Source: Macrostomum lignano (Eukaryota). Taken from it: DNA of 64,000 bases. The notes beneath the pieces were generated by a model. The model searched no databases. It saw only the letters and a program-made list of their open reading frames with translations, and was not told where the DNA came from. This document shows, in pieces, positions 37,575-51,626 of the stretch (the first letter of the stretch is position 1; each line of letters opens with the position of its first letter). The stretch spans positions 75,875-139,874 of the forward strand of contig NIVC01000189.1 in NCBI GenBank assembly GCA_002269645.1, written 5' to 3'. A program made the translations under genes and the position numbers.

Positions 37575-38689
37575 TGATAGACTAACTCGAACTTCAGAGA
37601 CCGCATGATTCATTACCCGAGCCGCTTGGCGAATCCAGAGTGCACAAAGTACATCTCTAGCGCCAATTTTGAACTATTGGCAATTTTGCTAATTGATTTG
37701 ATAGATCGATCGACTGAGAACCGCCTTGCCATTGGTCCACTGTGACTGGCGCCTGCTAATTTAGTTCCTCACTGGAGCCATCAGCGAAAAAGTAAAAATC
37801 AGATAAAAATAACTGTCAGATTCAACCTCAGAAAAACACTTCACACTTCAGATTGAATTGAGGTAATCAGACTACTAACAGTATTTTTTAATTATTTCTG
37901 CCTCAAATACAGCACTGGACTGCTAATCACAATAAGCAAACGTGTGCGCTTAATCCAGTTCCTGAAATAGGGGATGAAGGCAGCGCCTACTATCGTGTGT
38001 GTTGGGGGGTTGTTAGCGGCTGCGCCGCGTGACTCTGCCAGCTCAACCCTTTGCGTACAAAATCAAATGTGCATGGTGCGACTTTAGCCACCATTCTGAC
38101 TCAGCTCAATAATTCAATAAATATACTGATCGCTATTATTCTCGCCTGCAAGCTTTCGGCAACTATCGACTACAACAAGCAGTCTAGCCTCGTTTCACTC
38201 ACTACAGGGGACAGATAGGGTATCACCTAATTAAGCAAGTCTAGGTAGCCAACCAACCAATAAAAAACTCAACAAGTAATCCACAGCGACCAAATCGGCT
38301 TAGTGCTTCGCAGCTGTAGGGATGGGATGATGTCATCGCGACCTCGATGATGTCGACCGGGAAAGACGTCCTTGATGATGAGGGGAGATGTCGCAATCCG
38401 GGGATCAAAAAACGACGGTCGAACTAACGCAACTCAAGAGAATAGAGGTACCGGAGGCCGGGTTCCCTTCCGAGCGGGAAAAAATCAGTGGTTTCAGTAT
38501 AGGCGCCAACTGGACCGCAGTTTGTTAAAATGGAACACCTCGACGCTGATTGGCGGAGCCGATTTGTTAGAACTGACGTCGAATTTTCTGATTGGTGGAG
38601 CTAATTGTTACCACAGAGACTCACGTGATCAAAAGATCCTTTCAGTTCCCCCGGGGTCATAAAGATACGCCAGGTGCTAACATAAATCA
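37575..38689 (-). mobile_element. LTR-like promoter-bearing repeat, copy 2, with a 231-bp insertion
   Basis: Aligns by eye with 32816-33726; TGAT...ATCA termini; flanks CTGG/CTGT (possible degraded 4-bp TSD). The insertion at 37975-38205 is flanked by duplicated AGGGGA. Confidence 0.5.
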
Positions 38690-39681
38690 CTGTTCGACTT
38701 TTGCAAATGCTCGCGCTTCTTTGAAGGCGGCGACAAATACTGGAAGCTCAACATAACTGGAAGCCGATGCACCATATCAATACCTTTAAGATCAGGCAGC
38801 ATCTTACTGTCCCAATAATCTACAAAAGCGCAGAGTCGCGTTGAAAGTTTTAGAAAGGCGGCGGCAAACTCAAAAGCTCGATTTCCATGAAGAAATTAAC
38901 GATTGCTGGAACGATTGGTGACTACCTGATGGAGCTGATGGGATTCGATGAGATGGGAGAGGGGAATGAAAGAATAGAGGAAAATAAATAAGAAAAGGGA
39001 TGGAGAAAATGCAATCGCTACTGGCAGTAGTAGCTATAGTACAGGGGAAGGAGCTCATGTACCATCACATCAGTAGCTATTAATGCTCATCATAAGAAAA
39101 TTTATACAAGTTTAAAAGAATCCTAAAAGCGTCTTTAGGAACCACTGCATGCATAGCAATGACATTTGTGTAGCTGTACATTCCATACGTAAAGAGCTGA
39201 AATTGCTTCAAAAAGGACAGACAGACGGGAGCGACGATTCCAGTCAGTCAAGCGGCAATTCGCATAAATGTGCACTTGTTATTTTCACTACAAAACCGGT
39301 CATGTGACAATGCAGTACCTTTTATTGTTTTTTATTCTAAAATAGCGATTACAAACGGTTGCAATATACAAGTAGCTCGGTCGCCGGCGAAGTTCTAAAC
39401 TGAGATATAAAACATTAACTTTATACAGTGACGGCATTACAGTAGCTTTCATGGCTTGATATTAACCAATCACAATTAAAGCCGATCTGTGAGGAAACAC
39501 CTTAAAGTGAAAGAAGAAAAGATACTTTTTAATGATCTACAACTATGAATAAACAATCGAAATAGGTGAAATACGGCATATGAGCCTAATGAAATTTTGT
39601 TAGTTATTAGTAAAAAACAAAAAGGTGATTCACGATTTGACGAGGAATCAACTGTCGTATAGCAGAGCTACTTTCACTCGA

Positions 39682-41084
39682 TCAAGACGCATTGATGAAA
39701 TTGTTCTGTTCCAAGAAGTTGCAGATTTTACGAACACCGTCAATACAGTTGTCCCGCAGTAAATTGTAAGCGGAGCCGCATCTATCAAGCAGATGTCTTA
39801 GCGTCGCGCTGGAATTCGGAAATTCGGCCTTCAGCTTGCGAACCAGCTCCCAGTCGTGGATATCCGATTTTTCTATTTTAACCAAGCGACACTCGCCCTT
39901 GCGATAGCACTCCTTGGACTTGCCGATGTTACTTTCGCTGCTTACTCCTGGATAGAAAATTAAGAGCATAATTGAGGCGCTAATTAGGAAAAATTAAAGA
40001 AATTAGGAATAAAAATATAAATTGCAAAAGGATAATGTAGATCGTTTCTGCAAATCTAATTTTTAAATCTAGTCTAATCTAACCAATAACATTCCCATAG
40101 GTGACCACACGATGGCACCTCCCTCAGTGGCGCCGCCTCAGTGGCCTCCACTGACAAAAATTCTTGGCTACGCTCTTGCAGTTCTTGCTAGCTAAATTAT
40201 AAAATTTCCCATCATGTAGACTAGCTACGCTCGTATGTTTGAATCTGGGGATGAGAAATAACTGGCTTAAAATCCTGATCCCGAAAAGAAAGAAAAACTC
40301 GAACAATAAAAGTTAATTGCTAGCGTCGGAGCATCTTTACCTTTTTCAATCACGTAGCGCTCTCCGCTCGTAGTCTTGGCTACCGCGGCTTTGTGATCGA
40401 ATCCACAGCAGCTCGAACTACTGCCGCAGAGTTTGTCAAGTTGCCGTTTGTAAACTTTTACAGACTTTACTTGAGCGTCAAGATAGAGGTCACTGGTTTG
40501 AGTCGGAGTTGGCTCAGCTCAACGAGATGGAATGGAGCTTTGAATGGCCCGGCCAAAGAAGCCTGGAAATCCATCGTCATCAGAGTCGTCACCGGAATCA
40601 GAAGAAGATGCATCAAACTGTAACTGCATCTGCCTGATCCCCATGACTTCGTGACGACCTGAAACATTTGTAAGGATAAAAGTTTTGAAAAATATCAACA
40701 CGCGATTACCCAGAGGAACAGAGGAGTGTAGCTAGCTAAGTAGCTAACACACGAGAACCAATCCCAAAAGCACAAGGTGAATATCTGTATGCCGATGAGA
40801 GTTAAGGCTGCTGTACATAATCTGTGAGCAGCGTGGGTGCTCGTGCTCAAGGGTCAACAGTGCAAGCCATTACATTTAATTTCTGATTTGTGGCGCTTTT
40901 ACTGACTGGTTTAAACTGTTTAAATTGACTAAGCACGCAGCAGTTGGAATTTATAGTTTGCCAATGAAATCTTACCAAGTCCGTAGCATCGGAATGCACC
41001 AACAGCTGTAAACGCTTCGACTTTCATGATGCCATTTGAACATTCAAGCTTCATTGCGCTAAAGTATACAAAGCCACCGCTCAT
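39682..41084 (-). pseudogene. Permuted papain-fold (LRAT/PPPDE-like) protein, copy 2, with one in-frame TGA
   Basis: Exons 41084-40976, 40658-40341, 39947-39682. Motifs VKVYKRQL...DHKAAVAKTTSGERYVIEKG and YNLLRDNCIDGV. A single TGA at 40521-40519, with the frame preserved afterwards. Confidence 0.6.
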
Positions 41085-41573
41085 TGTGACTGTGAAAATT
41101 TTATCTACGTTTCGGCACAAAAAATTTTTGGTTGTTTTCTGATCAGTTTTTTAATATTGATGCTATTAAATGCTATATACAGTATAAAAATTACCTGAGT
41201 CGAGTAATAAGGTACCAAATGACGGCTATACGAGTATTTTCGACGAAACTCGAATTGTACTCACCATTATTATTGCTCTGTGCATTTCTCTATGCAGTTT
41301 GCTTTTCTGGTTTGAGACCAGATTCTAAGAAAATGTTTATGTGATGTGCTTTTCTTAGTACAGTGCACGTTTGTCCATAAGAAGTGTTTCTTTCGCTAAA
41401 TCGCGGCCCAAATAAAGTGAACTCAAGATAAATAACAAAACTAGAGTGCAGAAAGTAGAACCACAAGATACGTTCATAACAGCTTAGAAAATGTAACAAA
41501 TTAGACTAAAAGTTTATATAGCAGCGAATTTATGAACCTGACGGTCGCTTTTGACTGTCTGGGCTGACTGTTT

Positions 41574-41730
<157 letters not shown>

Positions 41731-44700
41731 GTGCTAACTGTCCTACCGATCTGCATTTCACTGTACTCAAGAGTTTAAACTTCATTACCAGTTAGACTTC
41801 TTTTCATTGTACGAGCCAAAAAAGGACAGACAAGGACAGTATGCAAGTTTGCAAAATAGTCACACTCTTATGATATGCTATGGTCCTTGAACTAAAGTAG
41901 TCGCATTACAAAGTTATACAAATCGGGCATCTATTTAAAAGCGGTTGAAATTCTTCACGCCTGTCATAAGTTTTACCTGTCGATTTGCATGTAACCAAAC
42001 CCGGGCTGCATGAGAATACCTGCTGTACTCTGTCTGGGCTGTGGCGCTGAAAAATACAACCGCAAGGCCTCGTCCCCTATAGAATTTGTCCACTCTGGAT
42101 GGTGCGGTAGCCGACGTTGCGGCCAAGATCTCATTATCTAGACAGTGGGCGGGCCTGGGTTGTTTGACCGTACACGCCAAAGACGTTGGCCGTCACACCT
42201 GTGCTCCTGGAACCTAGAGGAGTACATCACCCGGTAAAAGCTTCCATGCTCTATTGCTAACGAGACGGGAATCCCGGTCTAGCTAGCTATACATGTATAG
42301 CAGACTGAGGTTCTTGACCCCTACTGTACTACTAGAACTGCAGATTAAGGGACTCAGCTATGCGCGGCATTCAAGGGACAGTGCTGGAAATGAGTACTTT
42401 AATTGCATATGGGGAGCTTTAGTTGGTAGACGACTTTAGGCTACTCCCTCCTAATCCCCAGGATCCCAATGGTGGATAATAGAAAACTCCATCTTAATGT
42501 CTTTCCCTCCTAGATGGGCTTGAATGATGCAACAAGGGATGGGGAAGTGCAGGTTCCATATAACTCTCTCATGGTGCACATCTTACAGGGACTTACTTAG
42601 AAGTACTGTTGATTATTTGAATGCATTCGGCTTATACTGGGTGATTTTCCACTCTGATCCTCAGCTTACATTCCATCCTGCGACAGGCACACTCTCTCTC
42701 ACACTTCATGATTTCACGGTTCATGGCAAATGAGAAAATAGGCAGACCAAAATTTCTGGAAATGAACTTGACACTAATAGTCCGGTTAATTATTAAGGTG
42801 AGTTGGATTAAGAATGAGTATTAGAAGATGCGGTGAGCTTTTATTTATACCCCTGAGATCACGCGACACGCGATCATGGAGCGTGATGCGTGATATTGAA
42901 GGCCGTGACGTATCCTCGACCTCCGTTACCAAACAACCCTGATGAAAGTCACGATTGCCAGCCGCGCTGTGACTGGACGAGAAATTGGTTTGGGGCGCAG
43001 TGGAGAAAAATGATTTATGATGAAGAGCTGCACTACATAATAGGCGGGAAAAAGTTTGGAGAGATAGGGCCGTTCATAAAACTGTCACACGCATGAATCA
43101 GTTCGAGCAATAGATCCGAAGTGGGGTTGGGGTGGGCGATAACATGACATCATCACATCACATCACACAGGCGCAAGAATCACAGGGGGTGCACACAAAA
43201 GTTTGTGAGGAGGCCCATGTCACCAGAACGTGATTACATATATCGTAGATGTCACATGCACGTATATATGTTTATACTTACACTGGACAGCATGTACAAC
43301 TGTACGTTGACGAAACAAAGTATAACTTTTTGTCTCCATAACTAGAGGGAGATACGTGCTATAAAGTTTTTATTATTGAATGACAATCGCCAAGAAGAAA
43401 GTGAAAAATTGTGCTAAGTGCAGAGGTTGTTAAGGCAGTCAAACATTCAACAGAATTAAATAGAATAATTATACTGCTGTTTTTCTTGGAAGAAGCCGAA
43501 TGACGATCAGTATCTATTTTTAGAAACAATTCACAAATTGGTTCTGGTTCTGGAACCAGAACAAGCTGAAAAGGCCCATGTCTAGAAGGCGAGGTGACGT
43601 CAGTTCTAAAAATAGAACAGAGTCATGAGGTCCGACGCACACTGGCGCAGCCGTGATTCCCTGCCTAGCTATACATGTAAATACGTGCCCTGTAATACGT
43701 GCCATGTAAATACATGTAAATTGGACCCTTGGTTCAGTCAAAATCGGAGTCTAATTTTGTTTGGACCAGTTTTCCAGTTTTCGTTATTGTTCTCTAAGAC
43801 TCAAGTCTTCTGTCAGTCCCAGTTGCCCATTCTAGCTATCTGTAATTGGCCTGACTAAACTTTGACGCCCAAGCCTAAAAGGAGCTAATACACAGCTGCC
43901 TTCCCATGCAACCACCCACTGAGCCCGGCAGGATCTGCTGACTTGCAGGACACCTTGTTCGTTAACTTGCAAATCTGCACGCTGTGCTGAGTTCGTTGAC
44001 TTGTTTATTTCGTTCAGAACAGTAGCTCACCTCATCGAAGCCCGAGGCCTGAAGGAACTGGTGGCAGCACTACCTACGTACGCTACTGAGTTAAGGCTTC
44101 CGGTTAAGGAAGATGAGAGCTCAAACCCAAATCACTGTGCCAGACGGCCGGAGAAACACGGGTCCAACATTGGTGGCAGCGGTGGGATTTTAAGACCAGG
44201 CCATCCCGACAAAGCCAACTGTACTTTCACATGTAGTTGGTTAATGGTTGGTTGACATGTTTTTGCTTCTAAATGGTCTTAATGTATATAATGTCGTCAA
44301 TTCTACCGAAAATTTCTGTAGATAAAAATTTTTCAAAAGATATGTGCAAATAAAGTAGACTTAACATCATTATTTATATATGATGCTTTTATCGAAAATG
44401 TATCTGTTTAAATGCACTATTGAGGCGCTAATTCGAAGGTTAATTTGAGATCATGATGAACATGTCTTAAGATTTTTTATTTTAAAACTCTAGTTATTGG
44501 GTGCTGGTGCTGGGGCATTTTAATTGTTGTTGCATACTAGTTATTATTTGTTGCTGGCTGTTGGTTTCATTAGGCCTATCTAGAAAAGTAACATTGATAT
44601 TTAACTTCTTCGACCGAAACAAATATCGCCTTTAAATATTAAAATAATTGCAGACCATGCTTGCTTAGACAACAGACTGTCACACTGTCAAATAATAAAA

Positions 44701-45111
44701 TAACTTCAATCGCAATTTGAATCCATCATTCAATTTATCATGCTACGCTAGTTTTTTAAAAATAAACTTTTAGTTTAGTTTTTTAAAATACCTTTTGCAA
44801 TTTTTTTCCTTACTAATTAGTATTTTTGTGGTTTTTAAGGTGCTTGTCAACTTTTTTTCGTCAACTGGCTTAGCTGTAAATTCGTCAACTGTTAAATTCA
44901 TCAACTGGTAAATTTTTCAAATGGTAGGGCCTAAATTCATCAGCATAATAGGCCTACAGTATGTTCAGCTGTCTCAGTGCACAGATAAAACAGATTCATA
45001 AAAGCAATGAGCCAAGCCGTGTCATTGTAGGCCTAATGCTGGTTTTTAGGCACAGGACATGACAATTGTCAATTGTGACAATGCCTAGGCCTACCTTTAT
45101 TGTTGCTAGAT

Positions 45112-45409
45112 CATACATGCGCAACAGTCGGCCGAGTCGGCCGATCCGGCCGACCGATTTGGCGGCCAATCAAGGAAGTCGCAAAAATGCCCACCCAAAA
45201 AATAACCTGAAGAGTAGTACTAAGTAGCTGACGAGGCATTTTAGCTTAATAAAACAGTCATAGTTACTCCTGCCGTTTACCCAAAGTTGCGTTAATTTTG
45301 CTTTCGGGTTTTTTTATATGTAAGTCGCATTTTTGGCCAAAAACTACGTCGCATTTTTGTTAAAACTAAGTCGCACGGCTGACCGAATTTTGGAGGTTGC
45401 ACATGTATG
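45112..45409. mobile_element. hAT-type MITE, copy 1
   Basis: 14-bp TIR CATACATGCGCAAC / GTTGCACATGTATG and a perfect 8-bp TSD TGCTAGAT (45104-45111, 45410-45417). Confidence 0.9.
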
Positions 45410-45930
45410 TGCTAGATCAGTAAATCATCTATCGCTGGAATTTTTTTGCTAGATTGACTAGACAAGAGACAACAGTGCACTGCGGCACCTAGCAGTCTGC
45501 CATGTACAACATGATCAAATATGAGATATGATAAAATTAAAAATGATGTAACCAAGAATCTTCTATCTTAACCTAGTTAGGGAACTGCAATTAATTGTTA
45601 TAGGATCCCAATCCTAATCAATATTTATTTTAATCAGTTTTGATAAATGTAATTTAAAAAAATTCTACTTAAGCTAATTACATACATGCCCAACCTCAAA
45701 ATTTCACCTATCTGGTGCAACTTGGTTTTGTCTAGATTTGCAGCTTAGTTCTCCTAATTGTGACTTAATTTTCACTTTGTATATGACTTTTATTGTATTT
45801 TTTTCTTTTCCTCTCTTTTTCCCTCTCTTCTTTCCTCTCTTTCTCTTTTTTTCCTTTCTTTTCCTTTTCTCTTCCTTTCTTTTTTCTCCCAATTTTTTGT
45901 TTTTTTGCATTTTTGATCTTGCAACTTACC

Positions 45931-46290
45931 TTATTTATTAGAAGCAGGGGGTTGTGTGCACCCTGGCACACTTTAAGCGGCATAGGTATATAACTGGCAA
46001 GAGACATTACTGCCCAGTCCGCCGACTCCCCTGAGCAGGCATACAAGCGCGCGGATACATACATAGGCACACACTCACATAGGAGTGTATAGCGGCCCTA
46101 ACTTTTTTTTATCATTAGGCATGTACACTTCACTATGCCTTGGGGGGTTGGCTTTCAAGGCCGTTAATTGCACAAGCAGAGCCAAGCCAAGATTCCAATT
46201 CAGCCCTAAATTAATGTGACTACACTTGGAATCAAGCCTGGGTTGCTGGCACACTAGAGCAGCTGCGTTACCGCTAGGCTACGGCCCCTT
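45931..46290 (-). mobile_element. tRNA-derived SINE, family A, copy 2
   Basis: Reverse-complement homolog of 10427-10768 with A box TAGCCTAGCGG, B box GGCTTGATTCC and AATAAATAA tail. Confidence 0.65.
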
Positions 46291-47764
46291 CCTGCAACTT
46301 ACCCCTATTAAAATAAGTTTCAAAAACCTGTAGATGCGCGACACAGGTGCCAAAATTATGCCCTCAAAAGCTTGATACAACACCAAATTTTGTTGACTGG
46401 GGGGCGGCAATGCAACGCCAATGTCTATTGACACAATGACCAGGGGGGGGGGGAGGACGCCATAGCAGCCACGTTGCAATTGACAATTCCTGTTTGGCCG
46501 TTCAATCCCGATACCAGGACCATGGGGCAAGTGATAAGAGTATTCCTTTCAATTTTGCGGAAAAAGAAATAAAATTTAAAAACAATAAACAGTAAAACAA
46601 AGGTACAACACTTAGAAAAACAGCACACACATTGTAACTAACAAGTAACATTTCTAAAAATTATATTTGAAGTATTAGTTACTTTACCTCAAAATAAAAA
46701 ATAACAATTCAAGAACTTTTTATTATCAAACATGTTTGAAACATTTAAATACCGAAAAAAACAGTGAACACAGTTTGCAAGGTTTTGGCTACAGGTCTAG
46801 GCCGCAACACGACACATGACATGCCATCTATCAAGTTGCCACACTGTCACGACGCATGACGACACTAGGTTTCCACAGTGTCGCGCAACGCGACATACTA
46901 CTTGACACCACTATTGCGCAACGCGACACCAGGAGAATCCAAAAATGCAACGGACAGTCGTCCGAATTTTGTCAACTTTTTCCAATAGGGCAACTTACCT
47001 TAGCTAGTGGCCATTTTACCCATTCAGTTTGGACAGGTCAGACAGGAGTTAAGCATATATGCTTAATTAACTTTTTATATATGCATAAATTAAAAAAAAC
47101 CTTATTGATTTTGCTTCTATTTGCATCTCTTACTTCTATACACTTTGTTATACTGCATATCAGTTACACAATATACAAACCATGGTAAACTCATCAACAC
47201 AGTTGACAAATAAAAAGTTGACAAGTTTACCTGGATCTGATTTTTGTGCTATTTAACTAACTAGGTCTAGTCTTATTTTTCATTGAAAATCTGGAAACTA
47301 ATTCAGAATAAAAATCTGAATTTTGCTAGCCTAGGCTAGACCATACCTGTAGGGGACTAGGTGGCTAGGAATAGGCCTAGCTATTTTCTATTTTTTAGTC
47401 TGGATCATACTAAGTTGAGTGCATGCCAGAATACTAATGCACACCAATGCCAAGCAGATGCATGCCAACACTAATCACAGTTGCAACAATAAAGGACCCT
47501 ATTGCAGTTGCAACAATAAAGGACTTTTTAGCCATTTTTAATTTCCATAATAAACTAACAATTTTAAACTAATTTAATGCTATAGCCAAGATATGTTTAT
47601 ATACTACATAAATGTATCTACTAAAATGTGTATGTTTCTAATAATTTAAAAATATATATCTTACTATATATATCTTACTACTATTATATAACTCCAAAAA
47701 TCACTTATCTAATTAATTAGGCCTATTAATCCTCTAATTATCAAGACATTCTATTATATTTATA

Positions 47765-48550
47765 GGCTCATTCCATATAAGATGGACATTTTTGGAAAAT
47801 AGAAAAAAGTCAATATTTTTGCTTGCCATTGCCTTATCAGCCATTTTTTTACCAAATGTTTTTTATGTGTAATATCTACAATCTAAGAATAAATGAATGA
47901 TAAAATGTTAGATTAGTATGCTATCAAGTGGCAAAAAGTCATTTTTGTAAAAATTTAGACATTTTTCTAAGCAAAAGACATCATTAAGTTTGTGTACCTT
48001 TTAAAAACAAATAGAAAGCTTTGGAAGGTTGAAACAAACTATAGATAAAAGTATAGTACTTGCATCATCAGATAAAAGTATTGGTGACCAAATAATCTAT
48101 TATATTTTTAATATATTGGTACCTCAAAGTTACTGAATTGACAGAAAAAAATATTTTACGACCATAATGTTACGACCATAAGGCTGCCTTTTCTTTTGTA
48201 TCTTTGTTGCCTTTTTGAGTTTATATATTCTACAAAAAGAGTATGATTACTAAAGATGTTCTGAGTCAAATTTTAAAAAATGTATTGCAAAATATCAAAA
48301 ATAAAAATGTTATAAGACTTTTACCTTTTAGTTTCTATATGTCAAAAATCCTGTTGTTACGACCATAAGTGCCATTCAAGGTTTAATAGCATCTATACTA
48401 ATGATGATATCTACATGAAACTCTATAAAAATATTTTTGACAAAATTATCTTTCATTTAAAATATTGGTTTAGTATATTCTATTATTATATTTCATTTTA
48501 TAAGTAAAAATAGCCTGTCATGTTACGACCATGCTTATATGGAATGAGCC
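47765..48550. mobile_element. Non-autonomous TIR DNA transposon (786 bp)
   Basis: Perfect 17-bp TIR GGCTCATTCCATATAAG / CTTATATGGAATGAGCC flanked by TA; four internal TTACGACCAT motifs; no ORF. Confidence 0.85.
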
Positions 48551-48949
48551 TATATTACTTTATTATCAATCTATTATATGTCATAGTATACTATAAGGGC
48601 TTTATTGGCATGCCATAATGCATATTGCATGGCAATTATATATATTGACAATTATATATTCTTTTAGTTGCATAGGGCCTACCATATATATTAACACAAG
48701 CTGTTGAAACCCGCGGATTTTGAACCCGGGGAATTCCAATCCCCGGAACTACTTTTGCATGTATTCTGAAATCTAAGGCCATACACAAACAAAAACTTGT
48801 TAATAGTGAGTAGGATAGAGGTAGACATAAAATGAAGCACATTTGTGTAAAATTAGGATTTGAGGCAAACATTGATATTGTTGTCTGGGGTACTGCGCAG
48901 AATGTCAGGCAATGTCTGTCTGACTCTAAAACATGTATGGGCAAACTCT

Positions 48950-49596
48950 GGCCTCTCCCTGCCTCTCCCTACGTCCCTTGGATCCTTTAAAATTTCTATC
49001 GTCTCTTCTGTTTCCTCTCTTCTCTCTCGTCCCTCGTCTCTCCTCTCTCATCTCTCCCCTCTTCTCTCGTATCTTCCCTCATCTCTCTTCTCTTTCATCT
49101 CTCTTCTCTTTCATCTTTCTTATCTCATCTCATGTCTCTTCTTTTCTCTCTCCTCTCCTCTCTCCTCTCTACTTTTTCGTTTTCTCTCTCCTCTCCTCTC
49201 TCCTCTCTACTCTTTCGTTTTCTCTCTCCTCTCCTCTCTCCTCTCCCATCTTTTCTCGTATCTTCCCTCATCTCTCTTTTCTTTCATTTCTCTTATCTCA
49301 TCTCTTCCCTCTTCTTTTCTCTCTCCTCTCCTCTCTCCTCTCCCCCCTCTTCTCTCGTCTCTTCCTTCTCCTCTCTATTCTTTTCTCTCTTCTCTTAACT
49401 GTCTCCTCTACTCTCTCATCTCTCCTCTCTACTCGTTCCTCTCTCTCTCTCTCCTCTCATCTCTTCTTTCCTCTCTCCTCTCTCCCCTCTTCTCTCGTCT
49501 CTTCCCTCACCTCTTTTTTCTCTCTCGCCTTTGCTCTTTCATCTTTCCTTTCTTTTCTTTTATCTTTTCTCTCTTATCTCTTCTCATTTCTCTCTG

Positions 49597-49690
<94 letters not shown>

Positions 49691-50430
49691 GTCTTTCTCT
49701 CTTATCTCTCCTCCTCTCTCTACTCTCTCCCCTCTCCATTCTCCTCTTTCCTCTCCTCTCTCCTCACTCACTTCTCTACATTTGTCTCTCTTCTCTCCTC
49801 TCGTCTCCGTAATCTCTTATTTCTTCTCTGTTCTCTCTACTCTCCCATCTTTCATCTGTTCACTCTCGTCTCTGCTCTCTCATCCCCCTCTTTAATCTGG
49901 CATCTCAGTCTTATATGTTCTCTCACCTCTCTCCTCTGTACTCTTTTCTTTCCCCTCTTTTGACTCCTCACTTTCCTTTCTCCTTACTTTTTTCTCTTCT
50001 CTTCCCTTTTCTATACTCTCTCTCCCTCTCTTCTCTCTCTCTCTCTCTCTCGAGTCTCCTCTCTCCTTTATCTCTCATCTCTCATTTCTCATCTCTCCTT
50101 CCACCTCTCTCATCTCTACAACCTTGGAGATGTAGAGATGTATCTTTATCTCTTCTCTCTTCCCCAGTGGTGGGAGTGAGGAGTGCCCATTTTTTTCGCG
50201 CCGCAAGCTTTTTTGTGTCAATCTTTTGTGTCAACTCTCTGCTCTCCTCTCTGCTGTCTCCTCTCATCTGCAGCTCTCTGCTCTCATCTCTACTCTCTCC
50301 TCTCGCTTTTCTTCTCTCCCCTCTTCTCCCCCTCTCTCTCATCGTCCTCACCCCCTCATCTCTCCTATTATCTTTTATATTTTCTTTTATCCCCTCTTTT
50401 GCTTCTCCTCTCTTCGAATCGTCTATTCCT
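48950..50430 (+). repeat. About 1.5-kb CT-rich polypyrimidine / (CT)n tract
   Basis: Nearly purine-free on the + strand, with a pure (CT)n run at about 49600-49685. Source of the Ser/Leu pseudo-ORFs. Confidence 0.95.
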
Positions 50431-51261
50431 TCTTTCCACTCTCATCTGCCCCTCAGCCATAAGCTGGATTCTTTATCTGGCCACTGACATGGTTGTTCTC
50501 ATGCTTTGATCACGTCATCTTTCTTGCCAATTCGCAGCCCTGAAAGGAATTTGTGTATCTTCAGCTCTACTGCAGTTTGCATCAGTCTAACAACCAAGGA
50601 AATACGCATTTCTTAGGAGGCCATTTAAATTTTAAAGTACTTTTAAGAGAAACTTAAAATGTCCATGGTGTGCCTAATTTATTAGGGTTGTATTTCATTG
50701 CATCGCATCGCCTTTTCATAAATCTTTCGCTTTTACAAACCATGCTGGATTCCCTCGATTTGCCAATTGCCATCCACTGTTAAACTGCTGCAGAGTTTGC
50801 CAATACAGAGAGGAGGGCAGTGGTTAGAATTTCTCACTAAACTGTTATGGCTAAACGTAGCCTCTCCACTCTTGGGGTGCGAGAAGGCTATAAAAAAAGT
50901 TATTCCAAAACACTGTACATTTGCTATGTACATTCAGTCCTATCGCCTGACCCTTCGTCTGGCTCTGGGGAATGAGTGAGTGAGTGGCACAAACAACAGA
51001 AAAAGCAGACAAACTTCACATGCTTACAGTTTCTTTTTCGGTTGAGTTACAGAGTTGAAACTTTACATTTAGATAGAGAATGAGTCAATGAAGAATTGTA
51101 TCAAGTTGGGAGTCAATCGCTTTACGTGGAGCAAACTTATAGCAGCTGAAAGTTAGTCAATTTTGAAACCCTTTTACACATCTGGGCCCAGATCGGGATC
51201 GGGAAAGAGAGGCAGGCGGGCGGAGGTTGGGGTGGTTGCTACGCTGAAAAAAACAGCCTAA

Positions 51262-51569
51262 CTTTAAAAGTGCACAGCACCGCTCAGGATTGACTTTGAG
51301 ACTCGAAATTTTACACAATTGTGCCAAAATAGTTAAAGATTATCTGTGTCAAATTTGAAGAGAATCGGTAGAAGTGGAGCGGCGCTATGGAGGATTTAGT
51401 GAAAAAATCGCGCATTTTGAGCAGTTTTTTGTACTTTTAGGTAGGAAGACTTGAGTCTAGGAAATTAAAAGGTAGCCTAAGACATTCTCCGTAGTAAGTT
51501 TAGGGTGGGTGTAAAGTTTGGTGTAATTTGGTTGAGCGGTTTGGGAGTCCATAGCGAAGTAATTTGTCC

Positions 51570-51602
<33 letters not shown>

Positions 51603-51626
51603 GTTTTGATTTTTATAGGTAGAGAT
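51262..51626 (+). mobile_element. Non-autonomous Helitron/Helentron-like (DINE-1/Lep1-style) element
   Basis: AAATTTGAAGAGAATCGGT-type block, imperfect inverted pair AGCACCGCTC/GAGCGGCGCT, internal (CAGA)n, and a TTTTATAGGTAGAGAT end abutting a T run. The 5' boundary is approximate. Confidence 0.55.

Noticed and set aside
44029-44218. Exon-like GC-rich segment with minus-strand AG/GT signals
   Set aside because: Stops in all three minus frames; the plus-strand 84-aa ORF has no ATG or motif.
48860-50509. Long Ser/Leu/Phe-rich ORFs
   Set aside because: Artefacts of the CT-rich tract, which cannot encode stop codons.
50900-51250. Candidate brat promoter or non-coding first exon
   Set aside because: No unambiguous core-promoter or splice evidence without transcript data.
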